Positions 1 through 8,300 of a stretch of 64,000 nt of DNA are shown here, one piece after another. The notes below the pieces were generated by a model that saw only the letters and a list, made by a program, of their open reading frames with translations, had not been told where the DNA came from and searched no databases. The stretch spans positions 427,738,001 to 427,802,000 of the forward strand of contig OZ024740.1 in the NCBI GenBank assembly GCA_964016885.1, written 5' to 3'. The translations under genes were made by a program, and so were the position numbers. Origin of the DNA: Eledone cirrhosa. Its lineage: Eukaryota. The number at the start of each line of letters is the position of its first letter. Position 1 is the first letter of the stretch.

Positions 1-1641
1 TATCTCACTGTACCATAGTTATATAAAACTCTACTCTATCTCACTGTACCATAGTTATATAAAACTCTACCCTATCTCACTGTACCATAGTTATATAAAA
101 CAGTACCCTATCTCACTGTACCATAGTTATATAAAACTCTACCCTATCTCACTGTACCATAGTTATATAAAACACTACCCTATCTCACTGTACCATAGTT
201 ATATAAAACTCTACCCTATCGCACTGTACCATAGTTATATAAAACTCTACCCTATCTCAGTGTTGTATAGTTATATAAAACTCTACACTATCTCACTGTA
301 CCATAGTTATATAAAACTCTACCCTATCTCACTGTACCATAGTTATATAAAACTCTACCCTATCTCACTGTACCATAGTTATATAAAACTCTACCCTATC
401 TCAGTGTTGTATAGTTATATAAAACTCTACCCTATCTCACTGTACCATAGTTATATAAACTCTACCCTATCTCACTGTACCATAGTTATATAAAACTCTA
501 CCCTATCTCAGTGTACCATAGTTATATAAAACTCTACCCTATCTCAGTGTACCATAGTTATATAAAACTCTACCCTATCTCAGTGTACCATAGTTATATA
601 AAACTCTACCCTATCTCACTGTACCATAGTTATATAAATCTCTACCCTATCTCACTGTACCTTAGTTATATAAAACTCTACCCTATCTCAGTGTACCATA
701 GTTATATAAATCTCTACCCTATCTCACTGTACTATAGTTATATAAAACTCTACCCTATCTCACTGTACCATAGTTATATAAAACTCTACTCTATCTCACT
801 GTACCATAGTTATATAAAACTCTACCCTATCTCACTGTACCATAGTTATATAAAACAGTACCCTATCTCACTGTACCATAGTTATATAAAACTCTACCCT
901 ATCTCACTGTACCATAGTTATATAAAACACTACCCTATCTCACTGTACCATAGTTATATAAAACTCTACCCTATCTCACTGTACCATAGTTATATAAAAC
1001 TCTACCCTATCTCAGTGTTGTATAGTTATATAAAACTCTACACTATCTCACTGTACCATAGTTATATAAAACTCTACCCTATCTCACTGTACCATAGTTA
1101 TATAAAACTCTACCCTATCTCACTGTACCATAGTTATATAAAACTCTACCCTATCTCAGTGTTGTATAGTTATATAAAACTCTACCCTATCTCACTGTAC
1201 CATAGTTATATAAACTCTACCCTATCTCACTGTACCATAGTTATATAAAACTCTACCCTATCTCAGTGTACCATAGTTATATAAAACTCTACCCTATCTC
1301 AGTGTACCATAGTTATATAAAACTCTACCCTATCTCACTGTACCATAGTTATATAAAACTCTACCCTATCTCAGTGTACCATAGTTATATAAAACTCTAC
1401 CCTATCTCACTGTACCATAGTTATATAAAACTCTACCCTATCTCAGTGCACCATAGTTATAGAAAACTCTACCTTATCTTAGTGTACCATAGTTATATAA
1501 AACTCTACCCTATCTCAGTGTTGTATAGTTATATAAAACTCTACCCTATCTCACTGTACCATAGTTATATAAAACTCTACCCTATCTCACTGTACCATAG
1601 TTGTATACAACTCTACCCTATCTCACTGTACCATAGTTATA
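1..1641. repeat. 36-bp tandem satellite array, left segment (about 45 monomers, open at the window edge)
   Basis: Head-to-tail copies of TATCTCACTGTACCATAGTTATATAAAACTCTACCC, mostly the CACT variant; two 35-bp monomers (AAAA>AAA at 457-459 and 1212-1214). Confidence 0.99.
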
Positions 1642-2596
1642 CTAGACATGAAAAATGCGCAAGCTCAAAAGTGCCACAGAATGTTATAATAAACCTTCAA
1701 AAGTGTGGGACTAGAGTTGTTGCTAAAAAATATTGTAATCATTATATATCGTACATTCTGTGGCATCCTTTATAAAAATAGCTTAAACCAACGAAGCCTT
1801 TATTTTTACGCTATTTCACTTAGTTAATTCTTAGAGTGTAACATATAAAAATATGATTTACAACTATAAAATAAATTAATTAATATAATAACAGAGCTGC
1901 GGAGCTGAAATTTAGGAAATAATGGAGTATTGGATCCTGAGTTGGAGCCAGTCAATTTTTGACCGACTCCGCAGCCCTGTATAATACATTTCATATTAAA
2001 GTTATTAATAAACCTATTTTACACTTCATGCAAATTACCACGAGATATTGATATTAGATATAAGATACAGCGCAATATCTACAGCTGTAAAAGTACGAAA
2101 GCGAAGTAATAATAAGTGGCTTAAGGTAATTCCAATATGAAAGTTTGTAGTGATAAAAATTTGATAATGCAATACGATTGTTAATATTATAGTTCTATGA
2201 AAATGTAACAATAGATAACTAAATTATTTTACTATTAGTATATTTAAGAAATTATCATTATAGATTTGATCGTTCATATAAGCATCATATTAAGTTTCAA
2301 CACAATTATTTTGTTACTATGAGTATATGATAATAATATTACGTAATTATTTATAGCTGTTATTACATTAAACATAGATGTATTTATTTTTATATGTTAC
2401 ACTCTAAGAATTAACTAAGTGAAATAGCGTAAAAATAAAGGCTTCGTTGGTTTAAGCTATTTTTATAAAGGATGCCACAGAATGTACGATATATAATGAT
2501 TACAATATTTTTTAGCAACAACTCTAGTCCCACACTTTTGAAGGTTTATTATAACATTCTGTGGCACTTTTGAGCTTGCGCATTTTTCATGTCTAG
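1642..2596. repeat. 212-bp perfect inverted repeat (arms 1642-1853 and 2385-2596, 531-bp spacer)
   Basis: The left arm ctagacatgaaaaatgcgcaagctc...gtaacatataaaaata is the reverse complement of tatttttatatgttac...gagcttgcgcatttttcatgtctag. I saw no mismatch or indel by eye, and both end pairs sum to 4238. Confidence 0.97.
1892..1979. mobile_element. 88-bp hAT-like MITE / internally deleted DNA transposon
   Basis: TIRs are cagagctgcggag (1892-1904) and ctccgcagccctg (1967-1979), 12/13 complementary, with CAG termini. Flanking 8-mers tataataa (1884-1891) and tataatac (1980-1987) match 7/8, consistent with an 8-bp hAT TSD. It forms a GC-richer island in AT-rich DNA. Confidence 0.65.
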
Positions 2597-3153
2597 TTTA
2601 ATATTTTTTTAAGGCAACGCTTGTAATAACTCTAGTTAAACAGGATATATATTAATAATAAATTATCGTTGTAATGTAATTAGATTATGTAATTGTTATT
2701 ATAAATTATCTTATAAATATTAGTGTAAGATGTATAAAAATATTTTCAGACTTTTAATATAAACAACTACAAAAAACAATCAATATTAAATCAATATATT
2801 ATACATAATAGAAAACATAAAATATACAATACAAAAACAAAATATTTACATACATTTGCAATTATCAGTGTATATACATTTTCTTTATATTCCCTGAGCA
2901 AATTAATAAGATTTGTTTTTATTGTACATAATTTGATGACTTGTTGGAGTGTATTAAAAGATAGCAACAATTTGTGATTAAATTGTTATCTTAAGCAACT
3001 CACTTTTTAATAGTTGTTGGCTGAGCGAAATTGTAAAAGCCTATGAGCAAATATAAAAAAAAATACACAAACAACATTTCCTTGTGTTATTACAACATTA
3101 GATAAAATAATTGAGCAATGTCGTTATATTTTGCTCTTATTGCACATTAATAG

Positions 3154-3321
3154 TGTTTCTATTTTTCGGCACAAATCCATTACGGCAGTCCATTACTGGT
3201 ACTTTATTTTATCGAATTAGTAAGTATGAAAGTCGAAGTTAACCTCGGCAGGATTTGAACTTAGAATGCAAAGGACCATAACAATACTGCAAAGCATGGT
3301 GTCTGACGCTCTACCAATACT
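3154..3321 (-). mobile_element. Diverged tRNA-derived SINE copy, slightly 5'-truncated
   Basis: Colinear with 4017-4202: cattactggtactttattttatcga, aagttaacctcggc, ggatttgaact (B box on the minus strand), aaagcatgg, ctctacc. No TSD seen. Confidence 0.8.
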
Positions 3322-3711
3322 TGTGTTGAGCTGGTCATTAATTTATGGTGGTCGTGCGTGAAGTAGAGCAATCGCTAGTTGAAATATTATGAACAAAACA
3401 TTTTTATTTGCCGAAGAACATATTTTCAATACTGTTTGTGAATGTGACGAAGGAAATACATTCTGATATGGAACAGTGTACAAAGTGTGTCTGTGAATAA
3501 CATAATGTTACCTCATGTTGTTGTCAAGACATAATGGATTTCGTTTATCCAGTTAGAAGATGAAACCTAGCCATCTCGGATTAGTTATATTTCATGCCAT
3601 GTGTAAACGTGTTTGAGGATAGCAAAATATGCGCGTTAATTATAATAATTAGTTAATAATATTACAAAATATACCTAATTAAACTCTTTGCTTGAAATTT
3701 TATCATTCTTC

Positions 3712-3714
<3 letters not shown>

Positions 3715-3788
<74 letters not shown>
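3715..3788. repeat. Compound microsatellite (TA)18(GA)19
   Basis: Pure TA run 3715-3750 directly followed by a pure GA run 3751-3788. Confidence 0.98.
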
Positions 3789-3792
<4 letters not shown>

Positions 3793-4016
3793 TCTAGTCC
3801 TTCGCTCAAGATTAATCTATAAGTTTAGATGTTTGCCTTCGTTTAAGTAAATATTACAGTAAGATTTTTAATATAAACAACTGCAAAAAACAATTAATAT
3901 TAAAACGAAAAAATTATCAATGATAAAAGAAGCGGATGCAACTTTTTTTTTTATAAAGTTATATTCCTGTTTCTTTAAAGAACATTTCATTTTTGTTCTA
4001 TTGTAGGCGAAATAAT

Positions 4017-4202
4017 TGTTTCTACTTTAGGCACAAGGCCAGCAAATTACCCAGTACATTACTGGTACTTTATTTTATCGACCCCGTAAGGATGAAAGGC
4101 AAAGTTAACCTCGGCGGGATTTGAACTCAGACTGTAAAGGGACGTAACTATGCTAGAAAGCATGGCGTCCAACCCTCTACCGATACTGCCAATTCACCGC
4201 CC
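4017..4202 (-). mobile_element. tRNA-derived SINE with intact 5' head and 15-bp target-site duplication
   Basis: Perfect TSD tgtaggcgaaataat at 4002-4016 and 4203-4217. The minus strand starts GGGCGGTGAATTGGCAGTATCGG (A-box-like, 4180-4191), has B box GAGTTCAAATCC (4117-4128), then the core GCCTTTCATCCTTACGGGGTCGATAAAATAAAGTACCAGT. Confidence 0.9.
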
Positions 4203-4349
4203 TGTAGGCGAAATAATGCAATGGTTTAATAGGGAAGATATAACTTACGAATTATGTCTCTAACCGTGTAACGCTTTTTAAGTAGATAACTACAATTGAA
4301 AATACTAAAGAAATGGAACCAACAATTCAATTTGAAAGTCGTCTAGTGA

Positions 4350-4401
4350 CAGTGTATTACTGGTACTTTATTTTATCGACCCCGTAACGATGAAAGGCAA
4401 A
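4350..4401 (-). mobile_element. SINE core fragment (same family)
   Basis: attactggtactttattttatcgaccccgtaacgatgaaaggcaaa is nearly identical to 4058-4103. Confidence 0.85.
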
Positions 4402-4430
4402 AATGCAAATGCTTAAAATTTAAATTGCCT

Positions 4431-4530
4431 TAATTCTATCGTCTGCTGTTTCATTAAAGGGAGATTATCGTCTGTATGTAATTCTATCGTCTACTGTTCC
4501 ACTAAACAGATATACCTCCACTATCGTCTC
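4431..4530. repeat. Short degenerate tandem duplication (period 48) with recurring TATCGTCT
   Basis: taattctatcgtct[g/a]ctgtt[t/c]ca[t/c]taaa at 4431-4458 and 4479-4506; tatcgtct occurs four times in about 100 bp. Confidence 0.75.
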
Positions 4531-4764
4531 TATTTATACATTTTAACTTATAACTTATACACATTTGATTTGAAATATTTTATCTAGTCCCCCCTCTCAA
4601 TATTATGATGATTTCTTTCGAATGAAACAGTTCTAGTCCTGTAGAAGCCATTTATATATATAATTGAACTGAGTTAAAAATTCACAATATTTATAATTAA
4701 ATAAGCTCATATATATATGTGTGTATTTATCTGTTTATTGTATTATATATAATGTGTGTATATA

Positions 4765-4795
4765 CAGGATGTCCCCCAAAAATATATACACACTT
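4765..4795. mobile_element. Possible solo Tc1/mariner-type terminal inverted repeat remnant
   Basis: TA followed by CAGGATGTCCCCCAAAAATATATACACACTT resembles TA|CAGGGTGTCCC-type termini (recalled similarity only). No convincing partner TIR found. Confidence 0.3.
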
Positions 4796-4900
4796 CAACA
4801 GCATTCTAATAACTATTGCCTGTACAGGTAATCAAAGTGTCAATCGAATGTTAGTTTCGTGTTTTAACAGTACAAATTTACAATACACACATAAAACCAG

Positions 4901-4950
4901 TGTATATACATACATGAGTGTGTATACACATACATGAATGTGTATATACA
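4901..4950. repeat. 20-bp minisatellite, 2.5 copies
   Basis: tgtatatacatacatgagtg / tgtatacacatacatgaatg / tgtatataca. Confidence 0.8.
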
Positions 4951-5009
4951 ATATATATGTATATATATATATAGACACATGTATTCACGGTGCAACGGTA
5001 CATTAAAAT

Positions 5010-5250
5010 ATAGATGCGGGAGAGGGGGTGTATATATAGGGGCGCTGGGGATAAAGGAGTGTAAAGCGTGTGTAATTGATATATTGAAGGAGAGGAGCGT
5101 GCAGCGATAGAGTAACAAATATATAGAGAGGGGGAGAGATGGTATTGAAGGGGAGGAGTGCAAAGCGAAAGAGTAAGAGATATAAATAGAGACGGAACAG
5201 ATAGAGAGAAACAGGCGTAAGTAACAGTGGAAGAGATATAGAGAGAGGTA
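5010..5250. repeat. Purine (GA)-rich low-complexity tract
   Basis: Strong G/A strand bias (gagagggggagagatgg, gaaggggaggagtg, gatagagagaaac). This explains the Leu/Ser/Pro-rich minus-strand ORFs. Confidence 0.7.
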
Positions 5251-5253
5251 CTC

Positions 5254-5278
5254 TGATTGGTTGAAAATTAGCCAATGA
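5254..5278. promoter_or_regulatory. Pair of oppositely oriented CCAAT-box motifs near the TC end of the element
   Basis: tgATTGGtt (ATTGG at 5256-5260) and agCCAATga (CCAAT at 5272-5276) both fit the NF-Y-type RRCCAATSR pattern. Function is not demonstrated. Confidence 0.35.
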
Positions 5279-5334
5279 CATACGATCACCACCACGGCTA
5301 TCCCCGAAAAATTTTTAAAGAAGCTAGGCATATA

Positions 5335-5388
5335 TGTTAGAACACGAAAAGTGAACATTCTGTGTTTCACACTTTTCGTGTTCTAACA
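5335..5388. other. Terminal hairpin: perfect 19-bp stem, 16-nt loop, 2 bp from the element end
   Basis: tgttagaacacgaaaagtg (5335-5353) is the reverse complement of cacttttcgtgttctaaca (5370-5388); the loop is aacattctgtgtttca. Confidence 0.95.
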
Positions 5389-5390
5389 GA

Positions 5391-8300
5391 TAAAACTCTA
5401 CCCAATCTCACTGTACCATAGTTATATAAAACTCTACATTATCTCAGTGTACCATAGTTATATAAAACTCTACCCTATCTCAGTGTACCATAGTTATATA
5501 AAACTCTACCCTATTTCACTGTACCATAGTTGTATAAAACTCTACCCTATCTCAGTGTACCATAGTTATATAAAACTCTACCCTATCTCACTGTACCATA
5601 GTTATATAAAACTCAACCCTATCTCAGTGTACCATAGTTATATAAAACTCTACCCTATCTCACTGTACCATAGTTATATAAATCTCTACCCTATCTCACT
5701 GTACCATAGTTATATAAAACTCTACCCTATCTCAGTGTACCATAGTTATATAAATCTCTACCCTATCTCACTGTACCATAGTTGTATAAAACTCTACCCT
5801 ATCTCACTGTACCATAGTTATATAAAACTCTACTCTAGCTCACTGTACCATAGTTATATAAAACTCTACCCTATCTCACTGTACCATAGTTATATAAAAC
5901 TCTACCCTATCTCACTGTACCATAGTTATATAAAACTCTACCCTATCTCAGTGTTGTATAGTTATATAAAACTCTACACTATCTCACTGTACCATAGTTA
6001 TATAAAACTCTACCCTATCTCACTGTACCATAGTTATATAAAACTCTACCCTATCTCACTGTACCATAGTTATATAAAACTCTACCCTATCTCAGTGTTG
6101 TATAGTTATATAAAACTCTACCCTATCTCACTGTACCATAGTTATATAAAACTCTACTCTATCTCACTGTACCATAGTTATATAAAACTCTACCCTATCT
6201 CACTGTACCATAGTTATATAAAACTCTACCCTATCTCACTGTACCATAGTTATATAAAACTCTACCCTATCTCACTGTACCATAGTTATATAAAACTCTA
6301 CTCTATCTCACTGTACCATAGTTATATAAAACTCTACCCTATCTCACTGTACCATAGTTATATAAAACTCTACACTATCTCACTGTACCATAGTTATATA
6401 AAACACTACCCTATCTCACTGTACCATAGTTATATAAAACTCTACCCTATCTCACTGTACCATAGTTATATAAAACTCTACCCTATCTCAGTGTTGTATA
6501 GTTATATAAAACTCTACACTATCTCACTGTACCATAGTTATATAAAACTCTACCCTATCTCACTGTACCATAGTTATATAAAACTCTACCCTATCTCACT
6601 GTACCATAGTTATATAAAACTCTACCCTATCTCAGTGTTGTATAGTTATATAAAACTCTACCCTATCTCACTGTACCATAGTTATATAAACTCTACCCTA
6701 TCTCACTGTACCATAGTTATATACAACTCTACCCTATCTCAGTGTACAATAGTTATATAAAACTCTACCCTATCTCAGTGTTGTATAGTTATATAAAACT
6801 CTACCCTATCTCACTGTACCATAGTTATATAAAACTCTATCCTATCTCAGTGTACCATAGTTATATAAAACTCTACCCTATCTCACTGTACCATAGTTAT
6901 AGAAAACTCTACCCTATCTTAGTGTACCATAGTTATATAAAACTCTACCCTATCTCAGTGTTGTATAGTTATATAAAACTCTACCCTATCTCACTGTACC
7001 ATAGTTATATAAAACTCTACCCTATCTCACTGAACCATAGTTGTATACAACTCTACCCTATCTCACAGTACCATAGTTATATAAAACTCTACCCTATCTC
7101 ACTGTACCATAGTTATATAAATCTCTACCCTATCTCACTGTACCATAGTTATATAAAACTCTACACTATCTCAGTGTACCATAGTTATATAAAACTCTAC
7201 CCTATCTCTGTGTACCATAGTTATATAAAACTCTACCCTATCTCACTGTACCATAGTTGTATAAAACTCTACCCTATCTCACTGTACCATAGTTATATAA
7301 AACTCTACCCTATCTCACTGTACCATAGTTGTATACAACTCTACCCTATCTCACTGCACCATAGTTATATAAAACTCTACCCTATCTCACTGTACCATAG
7401 TTATATAAATCTCTACCCTATCTCACTCTACCATAGTTATATAAAACTCTACACTATCTCAGTGTACCATAGTTATATAAAACTCTACCCTATCTCAGTG
7501 TACCATAGTTATATAAAACTCTACCCTATCTCACTGTACCATAGTTGTATAAAACTCTACCCTATCTCAGTGTACCATAGTTATATAAAACTCTACCCTA
7601 TCTCACTGTACCATAGTTATATAAAACTCTACCCTATCTCGGTGTACCATAGTTATATAAAACTCTACCCTATCTCAGTGATGTATAGTTATATAAAACT
7701 GTACGCTATCACAGTATACCATAGTTATATAAAACTCTACCCTATCTCTGTGTACCATAGTTATATAAAACTCTACCCTATCTCACTCTACCATAGTTAT
7801 ATAAAACTCTACCCTATCTCAGTGTACCATAGTTATATAAAACTCTACTCTATCTCACTGTACCATAGTTATATAAAACTCTACCCTATCTCACTGTACC
7901 ATAGTTATATAAAACTCTACCCTATCTCAGTGTACCATAGTTATATAAAACTCTACTCTATCTCACTGTACCATAGTTATATAAAACTCTACCCTATCTC
8001 ACTGTACCATAGTTATATAAAACTCTACCCTATCTCACTGTACCATAGTTATATAAAACTCTACACTATCTCACTGTACCATAGTTATATAAAACACTAC
8101 CCTATCTCACTGTACCATAGTTATATAAAACTCTACCCTATCTCACTGTACCATAGTTATATAAAACTCTACCCTATCTCAGTGTTGTATAGTTATATAA
8201 AACTCTACACTATCTCACTGTACCATAGTTATATAAAACTCTACCCTATCTCACTGTACCATAGTTATATAAAACTCTACCCTATCTCACTGTACCATAG

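Larger units (their letters stand above)
2748..3904. repeat. Dispersed direct repeat pair of about 43 bp (2748-2790 and 3862-3904)
   Basis: aga[c/t]ttttaatataaacaact[a/g]caaaaaacaat[c/t]aatattaaa, 3 mismatches, offset 1,114 bp. Upstream taaatattagtgtaagat vs taaatattacagtaagat is also similar. Confidence 0.85.
1642..5390 (-). mobile_element. Non-autonomous Helitron-like (rolling-circle) element, 3,749 bp, inserted in the satellite
   Basis: Junctions are ...ccatagttata|CTAGacatg and ...ttctaacaGA|taaaactc. Removing 1642-5390 restores the consensus monomer exactly. The minus strand begins TC and ends CTAG, between host A and T, with no TSD (the established canonical Helitron signature). No RepHel ORF is present. 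The strand call rests on the terminal nucleotides only. Confidence 0.8.

Noticed and set aside
4110-4202. Functional tRNA gene
   Set aside because: A and B boxes are present, but the spacing is extended, no clean cloverleaf is evident, and the sequence continues into a repeat core bounded by a TSD; it is a SINE head.
4719-5370. ORFs 4719-4937 (+), 4864-5370 (-) and 5003-5281 (-)
   Set aside because: They translate TA/CA-rich and GA-rich low-complexity DNA, with no HUH/Rep, helicase, transposase or RT motifs.
5335-5388. Rho-independent terminator or pre-miRNA
   Set aside because: No upstream gene or U-tract. Its position 2 bp from the element boundary and the loop's match to the opposite end point to a transposon end structure.
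1642-5390. Apparent enrichment of CTAG sites in the insert
   Set aside because: I counted about 13 in 3.7 kb, close to what base composition would give, and four of them belong to the duplicated arms.
1640-5392. Tc1/mariner-type insertion with TA duplication (TA is present on both sides)
   Set aside because: Both TAs are needed to rebuild the consensus gttaTATAaaac. A TSD would require a prior 2-bp deletion that I did not see in any other monomer, including the paralogous empty sites. It is disfavoured but not formally impossible.
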